A stretch of 64,000 bases of DNA from Macrostomum lignano (lineage: Eukaryota): the NCBI GenBank assembly GCA_002269645.1, contig NIVC01003982.1, positions 1 through 64,000 of the forward strand, read 5' to 3'. The notes under the pieces are model-generated. The model was not told where the DNA came from and made no database searches. It worked only from the letters and a program-made list of their open reading frames with translations. Shown one piece after another: positions 39,090-51,599 of this stretch. The translations under genes were made by a program, and so were the position numbers. Within the stretch, counting starts at the first letter, position 1, and each line of letters opens with the position of its first letter.

Positions 39090-40195
39090 CTGATCTGGGA
39101 GGCTGGCCCACCAACTGAGGATCTGGGAGGCTGGCCCAGCAACTGAGGATCTGGGAGGTTGGCCCAGGTACTGAGGATTTGGGAGGCTGGCCCAGCAACT
39201 GAGAATCTGGGAGGCTGGCCCAGGTACTGAGGATTTGGGAGGCTGGCCCAGGTACTGAGGATCTGGGAGGCTGGCCCAGCAACTGAGGATCTGGGAGGCT
39301 GGCCCAGCAACTGAGGATCTGGGAGGCTGGCCCCATCAACTGAGGATCTGGGAGGCTGGCCCAGCAACTGAGGATCTGGGAGGCTGGCCCAGCAACTGAG
39401 AATCTGGGAGGCTGGCCCATCAACTGAGGATCTGGGAGGCTGGCCCAGCAACTGAGAATCTGGGAGGCTGGCCCACCAACTGAGGATCTGGGAGGCTGGC
39501 CCACCAACTGAGGATCTGGGAGGCTGGCCCAGCAACTGAGGATCTGGGAGGCTGGCCCACCAACTGAGGATCTGGGAGGCTGGCCCAGCAACTGAGGATC
39601 TGGGAGGCTGGCCCAGTAACTGAGGATCTGGGAGGCTGGCCCAGCAACTGAGGATCTGGGAGGCTGGCCCAGCAACTGAGGATCTGGGAGGCTGGCACAG
39701 CAACTGAGGATCTGGGAGGCTGGCCCAGCAACTGAGGATCTGGGAGGCTGGCCCACCAACTGAGGATCTGGGAGGCTGGCCCAGCAACTGAGGATCTGGG
39801 AGGCTGGCCCACCAACTGAGGATCTGGGAGGCTGGCCCAGCAACTGAGGATCTGGGAGGCTGGCCCAGCAACTGAGGATCTGGGAGGCTGGCCCACCAAC
39901 TGAGGATCTGGGAGGCTGGCCCAGCAACTGAGGATCTGGGAGGCTGGCCCACCAACTGAGGATCTGGGAGGCTGGCCCACCAACTGAGGATCTGGGAGGC
40001 TGGCCCAGCAACTGAGGATCTGGGAGGCTGGCCCAGCAACTGAGGATCTGGGAGGCTGGCCCAGCAACTGAGGATCTGGGAGGCTGGCCCAGCAACTGAG
40101 GATCTGGGAGGCTGGCCCAGCAACTGAGGATCTGGGAGGCTGGCCCAGCAACTGAGGATCTGGGAGGCTGGCCCAGCAACTGAGGATCTGGGAGG
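39090..40195. repeat. 28 bp minisatellite (CAACTGAGGATCTGGGAGGCTGGCCCAG)n, about 40 copies
   Basis: Fills the intron; explains the three repetitive minus-strand ORFs with a 28-aa period. Confidence 0.98.
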
Positions 40196-40276
40196 TTTAA
40201 CCTATGCTTATTCAAATCGTCAGATGGTTGCTACAACACAGACATCACAGTTCCACAAAATTTCTCCGATTTCTAG

Positions 40277-40797
40277 GCTACGGCGGAGGTCGCGGCGGCG
40301 GTCCCGGAGGCGGCGGACGTAGCGGCTGCTGCAGCGGGTGCAAGCTGTGCTGCCTGAGCTGCTGCCCCTCATGCCGAGGCAAAAACCCGGGCGGCCGCGG
40401 AGGCGGCGGCGTGGAGTCGGGACCGAAGCGGCCCTACTGGAGCTACGAAGACGGCGACTCGCGCGGCCGCTGCTGCAAAGGCTGGCTGATCGCCATCTGC
40501 GCGCTGCTCATCCTGGCTGCCATCATCGCGGCCATCGTGGCGCCGCTGCTCAGCTTGGAGGCCGCCGCGCAGACGGTGCCGCTGAACCGTCGCTACCTGC
40601 TGGTGAACAATGACACCCTGTGCCAGCAGCAGGCCAAGAATGGCGGCACCACTCTGGCCGGTTGCGCCTACACCAAAGCCGCTGAACTCGTTGTGGACTC
40701 CACATTCACCAACCCGCCAGTGGTCTACTCGGCTGCTGAGCCGGCGCTCGGGTTTTCCATTGTCTCCGCTGGCTGCTCGTTTGTTGTCGTTGCTATG
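40277..40797 (+). CDS. Putative FAIM-like membrane protein, exon with Gly/Cys-rich region, TM1, loop and start of TM2
   Basis: Acceptor TTCTAG|GC. Encodes CCSGCKLCCLSCCPSC, RCCKG-WLIAICALLILAAIIAAIVAPLL, a loop with two Cys, and ALGFSIVSAGCSFVVVAM. The candidate donor ATG|GTAACC (phase 0) is inferred. Confidence 0.65.
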
Positions 40798-40925
40798 GTA
40801 ACCATCAATTGAGAAGCAAACTTTTGAAAAACAGTCGCTGTGTGTGTGTTGCTTACTTGGTCAAAGTTGGTCAGTGTTGCTTACTTGGTACTTTTTAAGT
40901 ACTTTTATATTATTCAGGGCGAGTT

Positions 40926-41335
40926 TTTAGCACCAGGGGCTTTAGCACCAGGGACTTTAGCACCAGGGGCTTTAGCACCAGGGGCTTTACACCCAGGGAC
41001 TTTAGCACCAGGGGCTTTAGCACCAGGGGCTTTACACCCAGGGACTTTAGCACCCAGGGACTTTAGCACCCAGGGACTTTAGCACCCAGGGACTTTAGCA
41101 CTTTAGGACTTTAGCACCAGGGACTTTAGCACCCAGGGACTTTAGCACTTTAGGACTTTAGCACCAGGGACTTTAGCACCCAGGGACTTTAGCACTTTAA
41201 GACTTTAGCACCAGGGACTTTAGCACCAGGGACTTTAGCAACAGGGGCTTTAGCACCCAGGGACTTTAGCAACAGGGGCTTTAGCACCCAGGGACTTTAG
41301 CACCCAGGGACTTTAGCACTTTAGGACTTTAGCCC
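40926..41335. repeat. 15-16 bp minisatellite (GGGACTTTAGCACC(C)A)n
   Basis: Tandem variant units. Confidence 0.92.
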
Positions 41336-42309
41336 CTGCTAGAGGTAATAATACGACGTTAGTATTTAATAGAGCCCTAAAAATGAAGATCAAATTATTT
41401 GGGTAGTCTTTGATATAATCTGTTGTCAATTTCTGTAGCAATTAGACACAGTCTATTCCTGACGGAAATTACTTAGAATCAGGTTTTACTTGTGTCGAAT
41501 AAAAATCGATTCAAATTACAAGCCGCATGCTTTGCTCCTTCTTTGTAGATTTTTTAATACTTCTCAAGCAAAATTTTTTACCTTATTTCACACTATTTTT
41601 TTGTTTTACACTCAAAAACTTGCTTATACCTATCATTTGTCGGTAGACAGAGTTACTAAGAATTTCCGGAATCGTATATTCTGTAATTCACTAAAACAAA
41701 AAGTGCTTTATAGTTTACCTATATAAGAAAACATTTTTTCACCTTTAAAGTGCTTCCCTTTGTTTTACTGCAATCCAGAAATAAAAATCAAAGTTTCAAT
41801 TTCGACAGTAATTTAATAAACATGGTGTTTTCTCAAATTCTTTTTCTTTCTAAAGTTATTACGAATCCGACAAAAATCCAGTTTAAACTGGTTTAGTTTG
41901 CAGTCACTTCAAGCAGTGCTTTAAGGTCTTCCCGATGCTCTCCAATTGCTCTCTTTACTGCAGTCAGTGAATGCACTTTTAACGATTACCCAGTGAGGAC
42001 AGATACTCTTACACTGCATTTTCCAGGAAAGTCTAGCAGTATAACAGGATGCAGGATTTGCTTCTCTTTCAGGCTCTGCTCACTCTTGAGAAAATAGAGA
42101 CGTTTAAAGGAAGTTTTTTGCTTATTTCTTCTTCCATATCTCCAAGCCTAGCTCAAAGTTAGCAAATATCACTCTCTGTCTCTGTCTCTGTTTTTCAGTT
42201 CAGGTGTAACCCAAAAAACTACGAGCGTAGGATGCGATGACGTGGTGCCATGGCGGAAGAGAGGCTCCTTGGCAAAATAAAACTGGCACATATGGGAAAC
42301 AGTGCAATC

Positions 42310-42312
<3 letters not shown>

Positions 42313-42390
<78 letters not shown>
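42313..42390. repeat. (AG)n microsatellite
   Basis: Pure dinucleotide run. Confidence 0.97.
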
Positions 42391-42393
<3 letters not shown>

Positions 42394-42640
42394 AGGGAAG
42401 GACAAACCAGAAATGGTTGGTTGGGAAATTTCACGGGTAAGTGCTCACCTGATTGGCAAAGCGGTGGGAAGAACGGATGGGTGGTTGGCTGGGAAGCAGT
42501 CCTTATCAACTTATCCACAGCTCAGGCAGATGGAAGGTTAGACGAGAGGAGCGAGGTTGAGCAACTCTGACAAAATTTATTGAGCTAATTTGGGCTCGAA
42601 ACTTAATTTTAAATCACATAATTCGTGATCCCTGATTCAG

Positions 42641-42741
42641 CAGCTTGCGCTAGAGATGTCCATCTTGCTGTCTTCCGGCAAAGGCGCCGCGTCCAAATTT
42701 CGTGACGGCGCGAAGAAAGGCCGACCGGAGAAAGTCAAGAG
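42641..42741 (+). CDS. Putative linker exon of the FAIM-like gene
   Basis: TTCAG|CAGCTT...AAGAG|GTGAGA; open frame QLALEMSILLSSGKG...PEKVK; phase 0 in, phase 2 out, matching 44118. Confidence 0.5.
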
Positions 42742-43170
42742 GTGAGACTGGGGGCGAGACTGAGGCTGAGGGTGAGACTGAGGGTGAGACTGAGGGTGAG
42801 ACTGAGGGTGAGACTGAGGGTGAGACTGAGGGTGAGACTGAGGGTGAGACTGAGGGTGAGACTGAGGGTGAGACTGAGGGTGAGACTGAGGGTGAGACTG
42901 AGGGTGAGACTGAGGGTGAGACTGAGGGTGAGACTGAGGGTGAGACTGAGGGTGAGACTGAGGGTGAGACTGAGGGTGAGACTGAGGGTGAGACTGAGGG
43001 TGAGACTGAGGGTGAGACTGAGGGTGAGACTGAGGGTGAGACTGAGGGTGAGACTGAGGGTGAGACTGAGGGTGAGACTGAGGGTGAGACTGAGGGTGAG
43101 ACTGAGGGTGAGACTGAGGGTGAGACTGAGGGTGAGACTGAGGGTGAGACTGAGGGTGAGACTGAGGGTG
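42742..43170. repeat. 12 bp array (GGTGAGACTGAG)n, about 35 copies
   Basis: Begins at the putative donor site. Confidence 0.98.
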
Positions 43171-43455
43171 AAACTAATCAAGAAAATTATGGAATGATTC
43201 GCCAAGAGCAAGAGAGTGAGTGAATTAATGAATTGAAAGCTATGTCAGTGGCAAGTGAAATCAATAAACGGCTGCATGGACCAGCATTTGTTTATTAAAA
43301 TTAAAGCACGACCGGCCTATGATGGACAGACGTGGGAACTCCAGCGAGCACAGGAAAGCAGTCGTGGACAGTGAATTTATTGCTTAGCACTTCAGCCTAC
43401 CTAACAAGAGTCCTCACTTGCCACAGAGTCCACAGCTCTCGTGCGAATGTTAATA

Positions 43456-43595
43456 TACATGCCTAACGATAAATAAAGTTAGTGCCGCTGTACACTCCTG
43501 TGTGAGTGTGCGCCTGTGCGTTTGACTGCGTACGTATCCGCGCGCTTGTGTGCCTGCTCAGGGAAGTCGGCGGAATGGGCAGCAATGCCTCTCGC
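43456..43595 (+). mobile_element. Truncated fragment of the SINE (central part)
   Basis: TACATGCCTAACGATAAATAAAGTTAG...GGCGGAATGGGCAGCAATGCCTCTCGC matches the full-length copies. Confidence 0.85.
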
Positions 43596-44117
43596 ACACT
43601 AAACACTTGGGCAAATAGGGAGATGCTGAGTGGGGAAAAAACTTTCACTATGGAAACACGGCTCAGAGTTGATGAGGAAGAGAAGCTGCAAAATACCTGC
43701 GGCTATAATCCAACAGTTGCAAACTCTGCCAGGGGCCCACCCATGCACTCTGCTGCCAAACTCCCCCACACACAGACCCTACTTGTGTTACACCTGCCTG
43801 GGGCAGACAAGAGTTGATAATTGCTTGCCACGGCTGCAGAATCCCAGGCAGGAAAAAAATAGCTAAAAGATGCCAAGTAGTTGCCATGCATGTCTACAGG
43901 TAGATCTGCGCTGAAATTTCATTGCACCTGAGAAGAAAAAAGAAACAGTGTGTGAATTACCATGGCGACAGCTGCTGCAGCTCTGAGACCTGTGCCTCAG
44001 AAGATATAGTTAATAATACAATATTACGTACGCGTAGGGCTGACTGGTTGGTTACTTACTCACTTCTCAGCTTCATCCATTAACCCAGGCCGGCTGTCTG
44101 AAAATGCCACATTTCAG

Positions 44118-45265
44118 AGCGGCCAACGATGCCCAGTTCCATCCCTACCTGCCCACGGACGCCACTGTGGTGTGGAATACGAAAATCAGTGGAGTGGATT
44201 ACAGCTTGGCTCTCGGTGAGTTGATGGCTCTAGCTAAAAAACTGATTACTATAATTAGAAATAATTAATAATTAATACTTAATGCTGCCAGAAAATTTTC
44301 TGTTGTACTTTCAGACAAGGAATCGCTGGATCTCTGGTGCAATGATAACGTCATTGATGCCGAGGTGAGATAACTGAGATTCTCATTGGTGAGATATCGA
44401 TAATTGAGACTATCATACATGAGATATCGTTAATTGAGACTTTCATAGGTGAGATATCGATAATTGAGACTCTCATACATGAGATATCGATAATTGAGAC
44501 TCTAATAGGTGAGATATCGATAATTGAGACTATCATTAGTTGAGATATCGATAATTGAGACTCTTGTAGGTGAGATATCGATAATAGGGACTCTCATGGA
44601 TGAGATATCGATAATTGAGACTCTCATTAGTTGAGATATCGATAATTGAGACTCTCATTAGTTGAGATATGGATAATTGAGACTCTCATTAGTTGAGATA
44701 TTGATAATTGAGACTCTCACTTGTGAGATATCGATAATTGAGACACTCACTTGTGAGATATCGATAATTGAGACTCTCATTAGTTCAGATATCGATAATT
44801 GAGACTCTCATACATGAGATATCGATAATTGAGACACTCATTTGTGAGATATCGATAATTGAGACTCTCATTAGTTCAGATATCGATAATTGAGACTCTC
44901 ATACATGAGATGTCGATAATTGAGACACTCATTTGTGAGATATCGATAATCGAGACTCTCAGGTATGATATCGATCATTGAGACTTTTATATGTAGTATT
45001 TGAGACTCTCATTGGTGAGATATCGATAATTTAAGGTTCTCATATGTAAATATTGATAACTAATATTCTCCCCAACTGCCACCATATAAAAACTTTGAAT
45101 TCAATACACCAGTGCGACTTCAACGACACCGGCTCTAAGATGGAGTTCCAGCTGGCGGGCAAGCGTGCCTGCCTCAAGATGCAGCCCAGCAGCCGCGGCA
45201 CCAAGTACAGACTGACCTTGGACGGGGCCAAGGTGCCCAAAGCGAAGGCCACCAATCAGGATTAA
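44118..45265 (+). CDS. FAIM C-terminal-like domain; exons 44118-44215, 44315-44364, 45113-45265
   Basis: Phase-consistent GT-AG exons give TVVWNTKISGVDYSLALDKESLDLWCNDNVIDAECDFNDTGSKMEFQLAGKRACLKMQPSSRGTKYRLTLDGAKVP. This aligns by eye with the FAIM C-terminal half as recalled (TWVLHMDG..FRIVLEKDAMDVWCNG...GEFVDDGTETHFSIG...HTLIVD). Confidence 0.78.
44365..45030. repeat. About 31 bp minisatellite (GAGATATCGATAATTGAGACTCTCATTAGTT)n
   Basis: Starts at the donor GTGAGA and fills most of the intron. Confidence 0.93.
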
Positions 45266-45494
45266 AGGGGTCTCCAAGCTTAAATTAACTTGTCTATTAG
45301 TTAAAAAAAAATTAACACGAAAATTTTGACAATTTCTCGTTAAAAAGTAGAAGCTGCCTTAGATATTGTTTAAACGCAAATATTTTACTTTTAATTTTGC
45401 CTTTAAACTGCTTAAACGAAATCTTTTCACACCCCTTTATTTAGAAATTTACCGTACTTCTAAATGTCATGTTCTGCTTTTCGATAATTGGGCT

Positions 45495-45748
45495 GCACTA
45501 CAGAATGTGGCGCCACAAGGGCTACAGAATGGGGCGCCACAAAGGCTACAGAATGTGGCGCCATAACGGCTACAGTATGTGGCGCCACAAAGGCTACAGA
45601 ATGTGACGCCACAAAGGCTACAGTATGTGGCGCCACAAAGGCTACAGAATGTGGCGCCACAAAGGCTACAGTATGCATGTGGCGCCACAAAGGCTACAGA
45701 ATATGGCGCCACAAAGGCTACAGAATGAGGCGCCACAAAGGCTACAGA
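45495..45748. repeat. 24 bp minisatellite (ATGTGGCGCCACAAAGGCTACAGA)n
   Basis: About 10 units. Confidence 0.92.
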
Positions 45749-46299
45749 GGGAAATTCGAATGGCAAACAGCACAGGTGAAGTTCTTCATCTTTCATTCTA
45801 TCATCGCATCTATCAAGGCATTAATTTTACTCAGTTTTACTCATGTTTTAATTACTTTTCTCAATATATTGTTCTTCGTAAGGAAACAATTTTTTCTGTA
45901 AAAACTTTACGAACTTTATTTCTCTATTTTCGAATTAATATTGATAGAAGTTTCTTTTCATTTTAAAGTACACTCTAATTACCGTCATTTCTGTGATGCA
46001 ACTGTGTGCACTAAAATATTTAGTTGGTTGGGTATCACGTATTGTTACAAGTTACAATGCGGGTAGATTTTCCACTAAAGTAATTTGTCACTCCAGACAA
46101 ATATAATTAAACTGCTGTTAAGTAATATATATAAATATACTCGTAAATTATTAAAACTTTCATTGTAATTTCTGCAATTGCTGAGATACGTGCAACTTGT
46201 TTATTTCAAATTGTTTCATACGTTGCCAGAATGTCAGAATGTTATGAAACTTGTTGGAATGCTTGAGTTTTTAGTATCAAGGCGTTGCTTAGTGTCAGG

Positions 46300-48155
46300 A
46301 AAGGAGGAGGCGCTGAAGTTAGTGTCAGATAGAGGCGCTGAAGTTAGTGTCAGGTAGAGGTGCTGAAGTTAGTGTCAGGTAAAGGCGCTGAAGTTAGTGT
46401 CAGATAGAGGCGCTGAAGTTAGTGTCAGGTAGAGGCGCTGAAGTTAGTGTCAGGTAGAGGCGCTGAAGTTAGTGTCAGGTAAAGGCGCTGAAGTTAGTGT
46501 CAGGTAAAGGCGCTGAAGTTAGTGTCAGGTGGAGACGCTGAAGTTTGTGTCAGGTAGAGGCGCTGAAGTTTGTGTCAGGTGGAGACGCTGAAGTTTGTGT
46601 CAGGTAGAGACGCTGAAGTTTGTGTCAGGTAGAGACGCTGAAGTTAGTGTCAGGTAGAGACGCTGAAGTTAGTGTCAGGTAGAGACGCTGAAGTTAGTGT
46701 CAGGTAGAGACGCTGAAGTTAGTGTCAGGTAGAGACGCTGAAGTTAGTGTCAGGTAGAGACGCTGAAGTTAGTGTCAGGTAGAGACGCTGAAGTTAGTGT
46801 CAGGTAGAGACGCTGAAGTTAGTGTCAGGTAAAGGCGCTGAAGTTAGTGTCAGGTAAAGGCGCTGAAGTTAGTGTCAGGTAGAGGCGCTGAAGTTAGTGT
46901 CAGGTAAAGGCGCTGAAGTTAGTGTCAGGTAAAGGCGCTGAAGTTAGTGTCAGGTGGAGACGCTGAAGTTTGTGTCAGGTAGAGGCGCTGAAGTTTGTGT
47001 CAGGTGGAGACGCTGAAGTTTGTGTCAGGTAGAGACGCTGAAGTTTGTGTCAGGTAGAGACGCTGAAGTTAGTGTCAGGTAGAGACGCTGAAGTTAGTGT
47101 CAGGTAGAGACGCTGAAGTTAGTGTCAGGTAGAGACGCTGAAGTTAGTGTCAGGTAGAGACGCTGAAGTTAGTGTCAGGTAGAGACGCTGAAGTTAGTGT
47201 CAGGTAGAGACGCTGAAGTTAGTGTCAGGTAGAGACGCTGAAGTTAGTGTCAGGTAGAGACGCTGGAGTTAGTGTCAGGTAGAGACGCTGAAGTTAGTGT
47301 CAGGTAGAGACGCTGAAGTTAGTGTCAGGTAGAGACGCTGAAGTTAGTGTCAGGTAGAGACGCTGAAGTTAGTGTCAGGTAGAGGCGCTGAAGTTAGTGT
47401 CAGGTAGAGACGCTGAAGTTAGTGTCAGGTAGAGACGCTGAAGTTAGTGTCAGGTAGAGACGCTGAAGTTAGTGTCAGGTAGAGACGCTGAAGTTAGTGT
47501 CAGGTAGAGGCGCTGAAGTTAGTGTCAGGTAGAGACGCTGAAGTTAGTGTCAGGTAGAGACGCTGAAGTTAGTGTCAGGTAGAGACGCTGAAGTTAGTGT
47601 CAGGTAGAGACGCTGAAGTTAGTGTCAGGTAGAGGCGCTGAAGTTTGTGTCAGGTGGAGACGCTGAAGTTAGTGTCAGGTAGAGGCGCTGGAGTTAGTGT
47701 CAGGTGGAGACGCTGAAGTTAGTGTCAGGTAGAGGCGCTGAAGTTAGTGTCAGGTAGAGACGCTGAAGTTAGTGTCAGGTAGAGACGCTGAAGTTAGTGT
47801 CAGGTAGAGACGCTGAAGTTAGTGTCAGGTAGAGACGCTGAAGTTAGTGTCAGGTAGAGGCGCTGAAGTTAGTGTCAGGTAGAGACGCTGAAGTTAGTGT
47901 CAGGTAGAGACGCTGAAGTTAGTGTCAGGTAGAGACGCTGAAGTTAGTGTCAGGTAGAGACGCTGAAGTTAGTGTCAGGTAGAGGCGCTGAAGTTTGTGT
48001 CAGGTGGAGACGCTGAAGTTAGTGTCAGGTAGAGGCGCTGGAGTTAGTGTCAGGTGGAGACGCTGAAGTTAGTGTCAGGTAGAGGCGCTGGAGTTAGTGT
48101 CAGGTGGAGACGCTGAAGTTAGTGTCAAGTAGAGGCGCTGGAGTTAGTGTCAGGA
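46300..48155. repeat. 25 bp minisatellite (AGAGACGCTGAAGTTAGTGTCAGGT)n, about 74 copies
   Basis: Tandem units with recurring blocks of variants. Confidence 0.98.
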
Positions 48156-50995
48156 AAGCATGATATTTTTGTCTAGTTTTTTAAGCACTCGTATTTCACT
48201 GAGTTGTCAGACATAATTTAATTAGGAGTAATTATTGCACCTCAACTATCTTCAGGAACAATGACAACAAGTAATATTTAATCATAAATAGAATATCAAA
48301 GCTCATTCCTAAACACAAAATTACGAAGTATAACTAAAATGAACTTTATGAAGTGACTTTATAGTCTATTGCGATAGAAACACAGCACTCATTTGTTATA
48401 GGTACCTACCCACTTACTTTGTGTTCAACACGCCATTGACTACACGTCTCGATTAAAACAAAAGTAATGGAACAACTCTTATCTAGCCAGTTGGGTATTA
48501 TAAATTGTTTGTATAGGGGTAGGAGGGATGGGGAGGTAGAGATTGAGAGAATTTACATGTAACTTTTTTCCTAATTCATTATTGCTCCATTACGGGGTCT
48601 AGCTAATATATTTGGGATAAAATATTTCATACCGGATCAGTTAATTGGCAATTATATATATTAGCACTGATGGATGTGTTGTGGATTTTGACAGGCTACA
48701 ATGTGTGGGCCTGCGTCGCGGGAAAAAGCTTGGGGAGCCGAGTACGTTATAGTCAAGCTTCAGGCAGTATAGAGATCGTTGCTAATTAATATTGCTAGTT
48801 TATTGTAGCAGCAGGCACGGACGGAGATCCAGACAATTATAAGTGATTAGTGCATTAATTATGAATGTAGTATATGCATTTAGGACTCATATGCAGGCCA
48901 TGAGTGTGGGTTTTGAATAGTAGAGGCAGTTTGCTTTACATGGGATTGTTGGGAGGGTTGGTTCAACACTTCGCCAAAAGCAATTAATAAAGAAAATATA
49001 ATGACTATAATACATATGTATATATGTCAAGGACGGCTATAATTGCTGTATACCTGAACCAGCGGCTATATAGGCAATTCTACCTTCATTTGCACTGACT
49101 CCTAAACCAACACCGTTACGTACGCAGGCGCGCGCATTCATAGGAGTACAATTAACACTCATCTCCAGGGTCGTGAGACTCTGGTATTGCTGCATGATGG
49201 CGTGACCATTTGCTGTCAAATTTGACCGCAGCTCCATGGGCGCTTCCTGTGGACAGAATTATAGTGCATGATGGCTTCCAAAAACTGACCTACTGAAATG
49301 GCCGTACTTAAAATTAAAACAAAAATTTATATCAATCGCAAGTTACATATGTTACTTACATGTACGAGCTTTTAAAAACCTGATTACGTCACACATGCAT
49401 ATTTAGGAGTGTACGGGAATTGCATGGCGATCAAGGGACAAAAAAACTAGCGAGAAGTTTCTCTATATAAACTTCTACTATACATGTCGTACATGTACAT
49501 ACATGTATGTATAGCGAGAAGTTACAAAATGGCTGACGTACATCTATACACATGTACGTACCGTACATTTGCATGCAGTGATGTGGCTACGGATTACGCT
49601 TGGTCGGGTACGTGACGTCATAGATCTGCTCAACAACTCTCTAATATTTTTCACCCGGACTTGAAAAATGCATTTTATAGCAACTTTGCTAAAATCTTGC
49701 TGCTTCAGTGATTTCGAACAATTATATTTAGAGGAGCTTTAGCGGGAGTGATTGCAGAGAGATCGACGAGGGAGCTCCATAGAGGATCCCGGGAAATCGG
49801 TAAGCCAAAGACAAACATCGCAAGACATCGCCGAATCCATGCACCGCCGCACGTACAGAACCATGCAATGAGTTAAGATAAGACAAGAAATCGGTAAGGG
49901 TTGAGGATCGAATCCTCTTAATTCTTAACCACAATTGCCTTGGATCTTCTCGACCCTCAGCGTCGGGGAAAACGCATGTACATGCAATTCAATAAATTCT
50001 CAGTATATTTAGAATTTTTATTTTTATTTTTGTAATAGTAACTAAAATTTGCTGAAGTTCTAAGAGAAGTTGCACGGCCGCGACGACATTGCAACTCAAG
50101 ATATTCGTTTCTAATCTGGTCGAGTAGGTGGTGGTGCGGCTGCAGAATTCAGGTACGTTTTCTGAGCTGCAATTTCCGCGTGATATTTTATGTATACACG
50201 TGTGTATAGCCTAATCCGAGTTCCAAGATGAGATAAGTGGTAAAAGAGGCCCAGATGTTGATATCAACTGAACCGAGGCATATGTTCCGAGGCAAATGTT
50301 TTAAAACAAATTTTGCGTCATCTTATAAAACAAAACTTTATTTTCTTTTAAGCTTTAATACTTTATGAAAAATTTAAGACAGAAAAATAAATTCCTTATT
50401 AATAAAAAAATTAAGTAATAATAAGTTTCGCGAATTCAGGTTCGCCAGACCATAGCGAAAACCATGCAAAACGAATGCTTCTAAGGCTATACCGAACGTG
50501 TAGGCCTTGTAAAGCACTGATATATTATTATATCTGACCACTCGCTTATGGTAGGTAGGCCCCTAGCTTATGGTATTTTGGAACTGCTTAGCACATGCCA
50601 TGCTGTAGCATGTGGTATGTGAATTATATTCTAATATAATTCACATATGATTATATGAACTAATATATAGCCAATGTGAATTCTGTGGTTTAGTAAGGTC
50701 ACAATTAGGTAGATAGTTAATAGCTTAAAATACATGGCAAATTACTTTAATTTGGCCTACAAGGCCTACATTAGTATATATACAGGCCCTATCCTATAGG
50801 CCTATCTCTATCATTGGCCTAGATGGAAGTAATAGTCCTGCCATACTATTTCAGTTTTTTATACTTCAAGTAATTTAGCCTACTATGAATTTTTTGTATC
50901 TTTATTTGCCTTTCTCTCCTTGTCTTATATAGCAACTTTAAATTATATAAATCTAGGTTAGCAAGTCAGAGCTAAGCTTTCTATATGACTATAAT

Positions 50996-51546
50996 GGCAA
51001 TCCTACACTTCCGTTCGGTAAATTATTTTCACATTTGAATTCGTACCACCGAGTCAAATGACATCGATTGGCAATGTGTCTATGGCCAAAAGTTTGAGCA
51101 AACAGAGTTTAAAGGGGTGTCAGTTTAAGGGAGCTGTTGCTTGTGAGCTGCTTGTTTTATTGAGCTTCAATTTCTCATATCTTCCAGTCTTCATTGCCAT
51201 GGAGACATGTCCACACCAACACCGTGGAGGGCACATGGGCCCACGCGAAGCGCAAGATCCGCAACATGCATGGCACGAGCGACGCTCTCTTCGATGCACA
51301 CATTGAGGAATTTCTCTGGCGTCGTCTGTATCCCCAATGTCCATTTGGGGCTATCCTGTACTGGATTGGACATTACTATCCATTGTAGACACCTTAATGA
51401 CCTGCAGACACTCTAAGTGACTATGCGCTCTAACAGACTGCTACCATGTTCCACTGTTTTAGTTTTGTTTGGTTACATTGTTATTTACCACGCCTGTTCA
51501 AAATTCAATGTCAAAATAATTTACTGAATGGAAGTGTAGGATTGCC
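50996..51546 (+). mobile_element. Merlin (IS1016/IS1595-like) deletion derivative
   Basis: About 45 bp TIRs starting GGCAATCCTACACTTCC; perfect 8 bp TSD ACTATAAT (50988-50995, 51547-51554). The internal frame at about 51200-51388 encodes HTNTVEGTWAHAKR...HGTS...HIEEFLWRR, an ISXO2/Merlin transposase C-terminus. Confidence 0.9.
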
Positions 51547-51599
51547 ACTATAATTAATTATATTATATGCAGTTAAAAAAATAAATTTAAAGAATTAAT

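Noticed and set aside
38650-40215. Minus-strand 521, 363 and 243 aa ORFs with a 28-aa repeat
   Set aside because: All three frames are open because the 28 bp unit has no stop on that strand; the array lies in an intron of a plus-strand gene.
42702-43223. GETE, LSLT and RVRL repeat proteins
   Set aside because: These are translations of the 12 bp array.
36600-48155. Regular 20-31 bp repeats as CRISPR arrays
   Set aside because: Units are head-to-tail with no unique spacers, there are no cas genes, and the context is eukaryotic.
49037-50160. Short exon-like frames (MELRSNLTANGH..., and near 50.1 kb)
   Set aside because: No recognisable domain; cannot be assigned without a search. Kept only as a lead under the KDZ finding.
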